From assembly GCA_964389655.1 (NCBI GenBank), contig CAYMED010000010.1, positions 1 through 64,000 of the forward strand: a stretch of DNA of 64,000 nt, given 5' to 3'. Source of the stretch: an uncultured Candidatus Poseidoniales archaeon (lineage in GTDB: Archaea > Thermoplasmatota > Poseidoniia > Poseidoniales > CAYMED01). Positions 1 through 8,682 of the stretch are shown here, piece by piece (positions within the stretch are counted from its first letter, which is position 1; each line of letters begins with the position of its first letter). Under the pieces are notes generated by a model that saw only the letters and a list, made by a program, of their open reading frames with translations, searched no databases and was not told the DNA's origin. The position numbers and the translations under genes were made by a program.

Positions 1-54
1 CGCCACCGCGACTGGGACCTGGAGGACCGCCACCGCGACTGGGACCTGGAGGAC
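1..54. repeat. 27-bp tandem repeat (2 copies visible) encoding GPPGPSRGG units
   Basis: cgccaccgcgactgggacctggaggac occurs at 1-27 and 28-54 and may continue beyond the window. Confidence 0.9.
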
Positions 55-1180
55 CACCACCTCTGCCTGAATCGGGTGGGCTACGCCCCCCACTTGGCCC
101 ACCAGATGGGCGGCCACGACCGGGGCCACCTCGGGAACGCCCTCTCCCGGGGGGTCCTGAACCGCCACGCTTAGGTGGGCCACCGCGCCTTGATGATCCT
201 GGGCGTCCTTTCTTTAGAGGAGGAGAAGATGCTGGTTCATCAGGTGATGAAGCACCACCATGGACCTGCTCGACAGATCCATCTTTGGATTTGAACAAGC
301 CTATATCGACAGATACGTCGTATCCTTTGAGTGCCATCTCAGTTACGATCGAATGTTGGAATGCGGCTGAAAGGTCACTGGGTGCATCAAGAACACGTCC
401 ATCATCGATATAAGTCACGTTTACGGTAACAAAATCATCATCTTCTATAGCAACCTGAGGGGGCTCAACGGCCACTCCACGTTTGCGAGCTACGCGCCTC
501 AATGCAACTTCGGCCATCCTTCGCAATAGAGTTTGATTAGGAACTAATGCCTTCCCATCTTCAACTAACTCTGCCTGTAAGAACTCACTGGCTGCTGATT
601 CTTTTGCACGGTCTCCGCGCAAATGATCGGGTAGATCTTCACCAATTGTCGATAAAACATCCTGAGCACTCTGCTGATTCATTTCGATCCAAGCATTTCG
701 TGCAGCACCTTTCACCTCACGGTCTCGAGCATTAATATCATCGACGAGGGCATCTGTTGGACTAGAAGATTGCACGGCATTAGGTGATGATGTGGCTGCA
801 TTTCGCCGAATATCCAAGTTACTTGGATTAAAAGTCCCTGTACCAACAAGGGGGCCGGCCCCTTGTGCACTAGATGGAGCATTATTGTCCATTTCAGTAG
901 CAATCCCCTGCAAAATTTCTCCAGATCCAATGCTCCCTAGGGAGGCCCCTTGCGCCGCAGGAAGACCTGTCAGGCGCTGATGTCCTTGAGGGGCTGAGAC
1001 CTCTGGGGTAACTACAGATGGACCTGAATCTACACTAATTCCAGGCGGAACGCCTATTTCAGGTCCTGAAGTGGACGTAGATGGAGGGAGACTCGCACTT
1101 TGCCCACTTGTCCGAGAACCGCATTCAGGGCAAAAAAGGCAGTCCACTGGGACCTCAGCCGCACACGCTCCGCACTGCAT
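1..1180 (-). CDS. Zinc-ribbon protein with Gly/Pro/Arg (RGG-like) low-complexity C-terminal tail; 3'-partial, runs off the window
   Basis: Not in the ORF track; translated by hand. ATG at 1180 is preceded by GGAGG. Reads MQCGACAAEVPVDCLFCPECG (two CxxC), then a Ser/Pro/Gly linker, a globular segment (LLRRMAEVALRRVARKRGVAVE...) and KKGRPGSSRRGGPPKRGG...GGPPGPSRGGGPPGPSRGG. No stop before position 1. Confidence 0.8.
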   Translation of the reverse strand, partial: MQCGACAAEVPVDCLFCPECGSRTSGQSASLPPSTSTSGPEIGVPPGISVDSGPSVVTPEVSAPQGHQRLTGLPAAQGASLGSIGSGEILQGIATEMDNNAPSSAQGAGPLVGTGTFNPSNLDIRRNAATSSPNAVQSSSPTDALVDDINARDREVKGAARNAWIEMNQQSAQDVLSTIGEDLPDHLRGDRAKESAASEFLQAELVEDGKALVPNQTLLRRMAEVALRRVARKRGVAVEPPQVAIEDDDFVTVNVTYIDDGRVLDAPSDLSAAFQHSIVTEMALKGYDVSVDIGLFKSKDGSVEQVHGGASSPDEPASSPPLKKGRPGSSRRGGPPKRGGSGPPGRGRSRGGPGRGRPSGGPSGGRSPPDSGRGGGPPGPSRGGGPPGPSRGG

Positions 1181-1249
1181 CAACTCTGCCTCCGGGTGGC
1201 CGACTCCAACCCACCGGATAAAAACGGTACTTCGTCAGGGGCGATTTGA

Positions 1250-2722
1250 ATGCCACTCCAGCCGACCTTGTCAGGAACCAATGTCGCAGTAATCGGAGGG
1301 GGACTGGCAGGAGCATCTGCAGCCCTAGCTCTTGCAGATGCTGGATGTTCAGTCCACCTTTTTGAGGCCGGAAAAGAACTTGGAGGGAGGGTTTCTAGCG
1401 TTACAGACCCCAAGTCGGGTAGGAATTTCGATAATGCCCAACATGCAATTTTTAGGACATATCAGCGATTTTTTCAATTTTTAGGCCGAATAGAGGCTAA
1501 ATCATCCGTATGCTTGCAAAATAGAACTTCGATCCAACTCATCTGGCCCGAAAAAATGAAATTTAGGAAATTAAAAGATTCCCTCCGCCTTGACCCTCCA
1601 AATCACCTAGTTCCAAGTGTTCTGAGTTTACCCTTCCTTTCTACAAGAGAGAAGTTACGTTTACGCCGTGCTGTAAAAGCGATTGTACGACTTGATGAGC
1701 AACAAGTGCTGGATGCCGATGAAATCTCTATGACCACTTGGCTAGAAAAACATGGTCAAAGCGAAATGGCAATCCGCCGTTTTTGGGAACCCTTCATTCT
1801 TGCCGCACTTAATATCCGAAGTAATGAGGCATCTGCAGCACTTGCTTTGATGTTATTTCGAACAGGATTGTTTGGACAGAGAGATGCTTTCGATGTTGGG
1901 GCATTCACATCTGACCTCTCAAAAGCACTTGGAAAACCCTTGAAAAAGGCACTACTGAGTGCAGGAGTTTCGCTTCACTCGAGTACTGCAATCAAAAGCA
2001 TCGAGTGGAAAAAGGAAAAAGTCCATTCCGTAACATCCCGGAAAGGCACCAAGGAGATCGAACATGTGGTTCTAGCAGTACCGCACCACTCAGTTGTACG
2101 GTTGCTTCAATCTCAAGATGCTTTGCCATCTTCGGCAATCGATGGAGTTATCGAGAAAATAGGCCAGATTGGTTATACTGCAATCATTGGTTTACATGCA
2201 ATTCACCCTGAACCTCTATTGCCAAGAGATATGCATTTTGCGGCGATCATAGATGAGCCCATCATTCAGATGTTTTTTGACAGATCTGCAGAATTGAGAG
2301 ATAGTGAGGAGGGATGGATTGTGAGTGTTCCAGTCTCTGGTGCAGACGAGTGGATCAAGTGGGAGGATCAGAAATTTGCAGAACACTATGCGTCAGTGGG
2401 AAAAAAAGTGTTTTCCGATACATGGACTGAACCTACACATTTCTTTGTAGTTCGAAACAAGAGAGCGACCTTTGCTGCTCGTCCTGGGATTGAGAAATTG
2501 CGTCTAAAACATGATGCCATAGGAGGTAACTTGCACCTTGCAGGTGCTTGGACATCTAATGGCTGGCCCTCCACAATGGAAGGCGCTGTTCGAAGCGGGC
2601 TTACTGCTGCTGCATCAGTTCTTGGCATTGAATGGGTAGGTGATTTCGATTGGCCCAACTGGCCCACTGCGCCAAGTCGTGATGCTGATGATTGGCCAAT
2701 CATTCAAGTGGAGAACAACTGA
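1250..2722 (+). CDS. hpnE: Hydroxysqualene dehydroxylase HpnE (FAD-dependent amine-oxidase family)
   Basis: VIGGGLAG Rossmann motif, GGRVSS..FDNAQH, FWEPFILAALN, RATF and AGAWTSNGWPSTMEGAVRSG are HpnE-like motifs; adjacent to hpnC and hpnD. Confidence 0.85.
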   Translation: MPLQPTLSGTNVAVIGGGLAGASAALALADAGCSVHLFEAGKELGGRVSSVTDPKSGRNFDNAQHAIFRTYQRFFQFLGRIEAKSSVCLQNRTSIQLIWPEKMKFRKLKDSLRLDPPNHLVPSVLSLPFLSTREKLRLRRAVKAIVRLDEQQVLDADEISMTTWLEKHGQSEMAIRRFWEPFILAALNIRSNEASAALALMLFRTGLFGQRDAFDVGAFTSDLSKALGKPLKKALLSAGVSLHSSTAIKSIEWKKEKVHSVTSRKGTKEIEHVVLAVPHHSVVRLLQSQDALPSSAIDGVIEKIGQIGYTAIIGLHAIHPEPLLPRDMHFAAIIDEPIIQMFFDRSAELRDSEEGWIVSVPVSGADEWIKWEDQKFAEHYASVGKKVFSDTWTEPTHFFVVRNKRATFAARPGIEKLRLKHDAIGGNLHLAGAWTSNGWPSTMEGAVRSGLTAAASVLGIEWVGDFDWPNWPTAPSRDADDWPIIQVENN

Positions 2723-2742
2723 GCACATGCAGGTGAAAAGTC

Positions 2743-3705
2743 ATGGGTGAGAAATTCGACTGGGGATCACACAAGATTAGTGATGAAGTAATATTAGCAG
2801 GGTCTGCAGTTAACACCCCCCGTGAAGAAGCGGATCTTTTGTGTGATAAGGCAGCGCGCAAGCATTACGAAAATTTCCTCGTAATCAGTCGCTTCACGCG
2901 TTCTGATTTACAACAAGACATGGCAGCACTTTATGCATATAGCCGCTATGCAGATGATCTTGCTGATGAAGGACCATATTTGCCTGAAGAAAGGTTGCGT
3001 TTGTTGGACACATGGGAAAACATGCTTAATGAGGTTAGTGAAAATGCGTGGACAGGCAAAGCAAGGCACCCAATTTTCGTATCTTTAGCCAACACTGCAC
3101 AAAAACACGATCTCCCTGTAAAGCCATTCCGAGACCTGATTCGAGCATTCAAGCTTGACCAAACCAAGACACGCTACAACACATGGAAAGAAGTTACCGA
3201 ATACTGTCAAGGTTCAGCGAACCCCGTTGGGCGGATTGTGTTGATGCTCCATGGGGTGCGAAACGAAGAGGCATTTGCGTACTCAGATGACATTTGTACC
3301 GCTCTTCAATTGGCAAATCACTGGCAAGATATGCGAAGAGATGTAAGGAATGGTCGCATTTACATGCCCCTCTCAACTTTGAGCAAGCACAATGCAAATA
3401 TTGAGGACATTGAATCTTTGAATCTCACTCAAGAAATCCAGAATGCTGTGTCATACGAGGTGAAACGAGCAGAAGATCTATTTCAACGTGGACGCTCTTT
3501 ACTTCAATTGGTAGACCCATACCTCTCAGTAAGTCTAGATCTATTTGCGGCTGGTGGCGAACGTATTCTTGAACAGATACGGCGGAAGCAGTACGATACA
3601 ATAAATCAACGCGTTAGAATTGGACGGATTGGACGATTCAGACTCTTATTCAGAGGATGGCGCAACTTACGAAAGGTGGAACGGAAGAAAATACATCGCA
3701 AATAA
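2743..3705 (+). CDS. hpnC: Hydroxysqualene synthase HpnC (squalene/phytoene synthase family)
   Basis: HpnC signature HYENF, plus YAYSRYADDLADEG, YCQGSANPVGR and ALQLANHWQD; AGGTGA upstream of the ATG. Confidence 0.9.
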   Translation: MGEKFDWGSHKISDEVILAGSAVNTPREEADLLCDKAARKHYENFLVISRFTRSDLQQDMAALYAYSRYADDLADEGPYLPEERLRLLDTWENMLNEVSENAWTGKARHPIFVSLANTAQKHDLPVKPFRDLIRAFKLDQTKTRYNTWKEVTEYCQGSANPVGRIVLMLHGVRNEEAFAYSDDICTALQLANHWQDMRRDVRNGRIYMPLSTLSKHNANIEDIESLNLTQEIQNAVSYEVKRAEDLFQRGRSLLQLVDPYLSVSLDLFAAGGERILEQIRRKQYDTINQRVRIGRIGRFRLLFRGWRNLRKVERKKIHRK

Positions 3706-3745
3706 GCGGGTAAGTCATAGAAGAAGGGCCTTGTTTGGTGACGCT

Positions 3746-4936
3746 ATGGATGATGTGTCCTTGCAGGTGCGGCGCAAGTCAATCATCCTCAATGAAGCAG
3801 ATGCAATCTTAGCATCCACCGCGAGTGGGGAGATGACTCTGGAGAAACAGACGACCCTGATAAATCGAGAAATGAAGGACGTGTTACATGCCCCATTCGA
3901 TTCGATAGAAGGAGCACTTTGGGATGCTGAACCAAGTGCGCCCATGATCAAGGCTGCAGAAAAATACGTGATGGATCTTACACGCCGCGAAGCTACAAAC
4001 TTTTACCATTCCATTCGATTTTTACCATTGCAAAAGCGAAAAGGAATTGCTGCGATTTATGGATTCTGTCGACGAGCAGATGACATCGCAGATGGCGACC
4101 ATATCGAGACCCTTGACCATGTAGGTGAAGATGAACTGAATGGTGTTGAGGCCTATCAGAAAGATCTCGAATCACATCCAAACTATCCAGAATTACTTGA
4201 TCAAGATGAAGGGAAAAAGCGCCTCAAGATGTTGTATCTGCTGCGGCTTAAACTTTCTACTTGTTTTGGCGACAAGTGGTCCACAGATCCTGTGTTCGTT
4301 GCCTTACGTGCAACTGTTGAGAGATTCAAAATTTCTAGAACATATTTTGACGAAGTGATTGATGGCATGGAGGATGACTTGTACTGCTCAACATACCCTG
4401 ACCTTGAGAGATTGAGAATATATTGCCACAGAGTTGCTTCTGCAACTGGGATTTTGTGCATTGATGTCTATGGAACAAATAATGTTGAAATGGCACGATT
4501 ACATGGTGAGGCCTTAGGGCAATTTATGCAGATGGTCAATATTCTGCGCGATGTTTCGGAAGATGCTGCGCGTTCTCGAACCTACTTGCCAGTTGACCTC
4601 CTTAAACGCCATGGAGTCAATAAAAAAGACCTCAATGGGGGTGCATCAGGGTCAAATGCCTGGCGCAGTGTTGTTTCAGAATGGGGTGAATTATGCGAAG
4701 AGCAACTTCAAATTGCTAGGCCTCTGCTTAGGTATTTACCCGCAGACACACAATATTCACCAGCAGTTATGATTGCATTATACCGAGGGATATTGCGACG
4801 GATACAAATCCAACCAGATCTCGTCTTTAAAGGCAGAGTGAGATTATCGAAAACAAAGAAATTGTGGATTTCAATATCGACACTTATGAGGACAAGACTG
4901 TTCCCCGCAAAAATCAAGAAACAGCATAAGGGATGA
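3746..4936 (+). CDS. hpnD: Presqualene diphosphate synthase HpnD (squalene/phytoene synthase family)
   Basis: TNFYHSIRFLP, IYGFCRRADDIAD, YCHRVASATG, QMVNILRDVSED. Start moved from 3620 to ATG 3746 (GGTGA upstream, no overlap with hpnC). Confidence 0.85.
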   Translation: MDDVSLQVRRKSIILNEADAILASTASGEMTLEKQTTLINREMKDVLHAPFDSIEGALWDAEPSAPMIKAAEKYVMDLTRREATNFYHSIRFLPLQKRKGIAAIYGFCRRADDIADGDHIETLDHVGEDELNGVEAYQKDLESHPNYPELLDQDEGKKRLKMLYLLRLKLSTCFGDKWSTDPVFVALRATVERFKISRTYFDEVIDGMEDDLYCSTYPDLERLRIYCHRVASATGILCIDVYGTNNVEMARLHGEALGQFMQMVNILRDVSEDAARSRTYLPVDLLKRHGVNKKDLNGGASGSNAWRSVVSEWGELCEEQLQIARPLLRYLPADTQYSPAVMIALYRGILRRIQIQPDLVFKGRVRLSKTKKLWISISTLMRTRLFPAKIKKQHKG

Positions 4937-6723
4937 TTATGAGTTCAAAAATAAGAGTTGCTGTTGTCCTTGAAGACAGTTGCCAACCAAAAAAATGTAA
5001 TTCAGAATGCTGGGCATTCTGCCCACCGGTACGGAATGGTATTGAATGCATCGTTCTAGATGACCGAAACGGAAAACCACATATCAGCGAACCACTCTGC
5101 ATCGGATGCGGAATCTGCGTGAACAAATGCCCACATGATGCTCTAATCATCACGCAATTACCCTCTGAAATAGATGGGGAGTGTGTTCACCGATTTGGCC
5201 GAAATGGATTTCGACTTTATCGATGGCCAAATCCAGGAAGAGACCGCGTCCTTGGATTACTAGGTCCAAATGGGATGGGGAAAACAACCGCACTTTCCAT
5301 CCTGTCAGGTGAGCGCATCCCAAATCTTGGAGAGTGGGAAAACGAGGACATGGATTGGAATGATGCGCTAGCCGCACTGCCCGCTGGAGGTGTTCGAGAC
5401 CACATTGACCGCATCGCGCACGACGAAATATTTGTTGCAACGAAGCCACAAGCAGTCGATCAATTACCCAAAGTCGTGAAGGGCCAATTAGGGGATCTAT
5501 TGCGAAGTGTGGATGAAGAAGGCCGGCTTGAAGAAGTAACTTTTGATTTGGGTTTGAGCCATCTGCTTGAAAGAGAAATCTCAGAGTTATCTGGCGGAGA
5601 ACTTCAGCGCACTGCAATTGCAGCAACGGTGCTTAAGTCAGCAGATCTTTACTTCTTTGATGAGCCAACATCCTACCTTGATATACACGAAAGAATCCGA
5701 GTTAGTCGCGTCATCCGTGAACTCGCTGAACGTGCCCCGATACTTGTCGTAGAGCATGACCTCGCAATATTAGATGTATTATGCGATAGTCTGCAGATCT
5801 TGTACGGTCGAAAAGGTGGTTTTGGTGTTATGACAAAACCTCGTCCCACACGCACGGCGATCAACGTTTATCTTGATGGTTATCTCAAAGAGGAAAATGT
5901 CAGAGTTCGGGACAAGCCCATTAAATTCCATTCTGGACATGAACGAGAGGTTGAAAGGGGAAATGAGATCATATCTTGGGATGGTATTGAAAAAAAATTA
6001 GGGGATTTTTCTCTCAAAACGGGAAAAGGTAGCATACATCGTGCCGAAGTGGTAGGGGTTGTTGGTCCAAATGGAACTGGGAAAACCACGCTCGCACGAA
6101 TTCTGGGGGGCGAAATAGACCCAGATGCTGGTTGGTTCTCAAGTGAGGCTGTTATCGCATACAAGCCACAGCATGTCGAAGTTGAGCATGACGGAACAGT
6201 GGGTGAGTGGCTGACCAATGTGATCGGTCCCCATTGGCAAGGCGGAGAATTTGCATCAACGCTGATCCGACCACTGGGTATTGATGCCATCATTGAACGC
6301 CCTACAAACGCTCTTTCAGGTGGTGAATTACAAGCTGTTCACTTGGCATTATGCATCGGCCAAGACGCTGATTTATACCTTTTAGACGAACCCTCTGCGC
6401 ATCTTGACGCATCAGCTAGAATGGAGGCTGCTAGAGCCATTCGGAGGCTCATGGAATCAAATGAGAGAGCTGCGCTTGTCATTGACCATGATGTATACAT
6501 GATTGATATCATCTCGGATCGCCTTCTCGTGTTCTCAGGAGTAGGAGGCATTGAAGGAAAAGCAGAAGGTCCAATTGGATTGCGAAAAGGAATGAATCGC
6601 TTCCTAAAGGATGCTGATGTCACATTCAGAAGAGATCACGATAGTCGAAGGCCCCGGATCAACAAGCATGGAAGTAGACTGGACCGTGAGCAGCGCAGCA
6701 AGGGTGAGTATTTCTACAGTTGA
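4933..6723 (+). CDS. rli1: Ribosome recycling ATPase ABCE1/RLI1
   Basis: N-terminal CQPKKC..EC...CP and CIGCGICVNKCP Fe-S motifs; two ABC domains (GPNGMGKT, GPNGTGKT, LSGGELQ twice); C-terminal TFRRD..SRRPRINK. Confidence 0.97.
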   Translation: MIMSSKIRVAVVLEDSCQPKKCNSECWAFCPPVRNGIECIVLDDRNGKPHISEPLCIGCGICVNKCPHDALIITQLPSEIDGECVHRFGRNGFRLYRWPNPGRDRVLGLLGPNGMGKTTALSILSGERIPNLGEWENEDMDWNDALAALPAGGVRDHIDRIAHDEIFVATKPQAVDQLPKVVKGQLGDLLRSVDEEGRLEEVTFDLGLSHLLEREISELSGGELQRTAIAATVLKSADLYFFDEPTSYLDIHERIRVSRVIRELAERAPILVVEHDLAILDVLCDSLQILYGRKGGFGVMTKPRPTRTAINVYLDGYLKEENVRVRDKPIKFHSGHEREVERGNEIISWDGIEKKLGDFSLKTGKGSIHRAEVVGVVGPNGTGKTTLARILGGEIDPDAGWFSSEAVIAYKPQHVEVEHDGTVGEWLTNVIGPHWQGGEFASTLIRPLGIDAIIERPTNALSGGELQAVHLALCIGQDADLYLLDEPSAHLDASARMEAARAIRRLMESNERAALVIDHDVYMIDIISDRLLVFSGVGGIEGKAEGPIGLRKGMNRFLKDADVTFRRDHDSRRPRINKHGSRLDREQRSKGEYFYS

Positions 6724-6734
6724 GATGGTTCATC

Positions 6735-8645
6735 ATGCCAATTAGCATTGATTCAGGGGGTCCGCTATTGCGAAGCAGGCACCGCATATCGGCGACTGGA
6801 TTAGTAGGTTGGAATCGATGTCCACGACAGTGGTATTTGCGCCGCAGATTGGGCATCTCAGATCGAATGACACCCCCCATGGTTCTTGGACATCTAGTCG
6901 AAGAAGCCCTTGTTGGACTTCTCATGGAGAGACCACCTCCAACAATTAATGGAAGAGATCCAGATACCTGGATCCGATGGTCGATAGATGGGGATGGAGA
7001 TTCTGCACGAGCAAATTGGGGAAAACAATCATGTGAGCATTTAGATGGAGAAAAGGATGAATGGTCAATCGATGATCTTCGTTCATGGATTAACAAAACC
7101 CTCGATGACGTCGTAGAAGAAATTCTGCGCCGTGCAAAATTAAATTGGGAAGAATTACCGTTTCGTAGCGGTGAAGGTGTTGAGCGTCTCGATGCAGCAA
7201 GAATTCGGCGTATGATATCATCTGGCTTAGAACTGCAACTAGAAGAAGTAAAAGCCTGCTTAGAAGCAAATGGAGGAACTTATCGAGATCAATGGTTTTT
7301 GGATGGTGACCCTCATGAAGTCCCATCGCCATGCTGGTATGAACATCCATTCGATCCAAGTGAGAGAAGAAGAAGGCCAAGTTTTGAGCCACCGGGTCAC
7401 ATAACACACAGTGATGGGCCCCCTGAGCCCTTGTGTGATGGAAAAGCATGGGATGCGAGGTCCGCTTGGGAAATTGCTCGGCCATGGGCAAAAGATCCTC
7501 GCATTATCAGCCCACAGAGGCTTGTCCACCCGGATCGTTGGGCATCTGGAGAACTTGACTTGGCCCTGCGCTGGAAGGGAACAACAACCATTGTAGATAT
7601 CAAAGCAAGTGCCGGAACAAGTGTTTGGAGTGCCGGAGTGGGGACTCAACTTCGATTCTATCGATGGCTATGGAATTCGTGTCAGGGCAATGAAGTTAAG
7701 CCAGCATGTACTGACTTGGAAGCCTGGTTCCTAGATGGACCTCACAGAACAGCATTTGAGGATGATCTTGAAGAAGATCAAATAGTCGCAGTCCAGCACG
7801 AGCAAATTGCATCTAACGCAGATCGAATGCCACCTGCTAAACCATCGCCAATGCCCGAATGCTCACCCGGTGGGATCCCTAAATTCAATGATGAGGCAGA
7901 TCTTCAGCGGACGTGTGAACTTTGCTCAGCAAATTTCCTATGCGATGCTAGGTCAGATGACGAACGCAGCGCTGGACTTCGTAAGCGCTGGAAAAAGGCA
8001 CCAGCTGGGAATTTTTCCACCTTGTGTTCATCGGCATCCCCATCTGCTCCCGCAACACCGATTTCGTCACTTCCGCGTCGTCTAAATGCCTCTGGAAGTG
8101 TACTCTCAAGTTGGGGACCATTCGCGAATCAATATGGCGAAGAAGTCCATGGACTTGTCTTCGGCGCCGAAGGAGGAACCACAGTCCTTGTTGAAGAAGC
8201 AGACCACAATGCAAACCCAAATCTCAAGGAAACAGGAGGCGAGGTCATATTCGAAGGAGCATTACCCGGCCAATGGCGTGGTAGGCCACGACTCTATATC
8301 GATTCAGAAACAAAGATTCATCAAGGAAAAACCTCCCAAAATCTAGAACTTACCCCTCTTGGCTTGCTACCTACAAAGGCCTCCGTAGAGGGAGTTGTCA
8401 TCTCACGCGGGCTATTCCGTGGCCACGGGAGAAATGGACGCCCATGGTCAATCGAATCCACCCATATTTGGGATGGTACTGGCACGATTGAATTGGTTGC
8501 CTTTGGTAGAGCAAGACGTACATCGACTAGTGATTTTGAAGTTGGCTCTAGAATTCGAATTCAGCATGCAGAACTTGGCTGGCGCGCAGGTCTGCCACAA
8601 CTTCGAGTAAGAGAAGGGATGACACGTGTTGACCCCCTAGAGTAA
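6735..8645 (+). CDS. PD-(D/E)XK nuclease (Cas4/AddB-like, predicted 4Fe-4S) fused to two RPA-like OB folds, paralog 1
   Basis: ISATGL...RCPRQW, GELDL...IVDIKAS, QLRFY, CELCx5C; C-terminal OB-like segments (WDGTGTIELVAFG...FEVGSRIRI). Start ATG 6735 (alternative TTG 6720). Confidence 0.8.
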   Translation: MPISIDSGGPLLRSRHRISATGLVGWNRCPRQWYLRRRLGISDRMTPPMVLGHLVEEALVGLLMERPPPTINGRDPDTWIRWSIDGDGDSARANWGKQSCEHLDGEKDEWSIDDLRSWINKTLDDVVEEILRRAKLNWEELPFRSGEGVERLDAARIRRMISSGLELQLEEVKACLEANGGTYRDQWFLDGDPHEVPSPCWYEHPFDPSERRRRPSFEPPGHITHSDGPPEPLCDGKAWDARSAWEIARPWAKDPRIISPQRLVHPDRWASGELDLALRWKGTTTIVDIKASAGTSVWSAGVGTQLRFYRWLWNSCQGNEVKPACTDLEAWFLDGPHRTAFEDDLEEDQIVAVQHEQIASNADRMPPAKPSPMPECSPGGIPKFNDEADLQRTCELCSANFLCDARSDDERSAGLRKRWKKAPAGNFSTLCSSASPSAPATPISSLPRRLNASGSVLSSWGPFANQYGEEVHGLVFGAEGGTTVLVEEADHNANPNLKETGGEVIFEGALPGQWRGRPRLYIDSETKIHQGKTSQNLELTPLGLLPTKASVEGVVISRGLFRGHGRNGRPWSIESTHIWDGTGTIELVAFGRARRTSTSDFEVGSRIRIQHAELGWRAGLPQLRVREGMTRVDPLE

Positions 8646-8682
8646 GCGGATTCGTCAAGTACCCCCGCACTAGAGGCAGAGT

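Noticed and set aside
1-54. CRISPR repeat
   Set aside because: The copies are directly adjacent with no spacer and are in-frame coding repeats.
547-1413. Short track ORFs at the left edge
   Set aside because: They overlap the longer minus-strand zinc-ribbon ORF (1-1180) or hpnE.
1250-4936. Carotenoid cluster (crtI/crtB) for retinal synthesis
   Set aside because: The HYENF motif, paired synthases and HpnE-type C-terminus fit HpnCDE better; no crtY, blh or rhodopsin is in the window.
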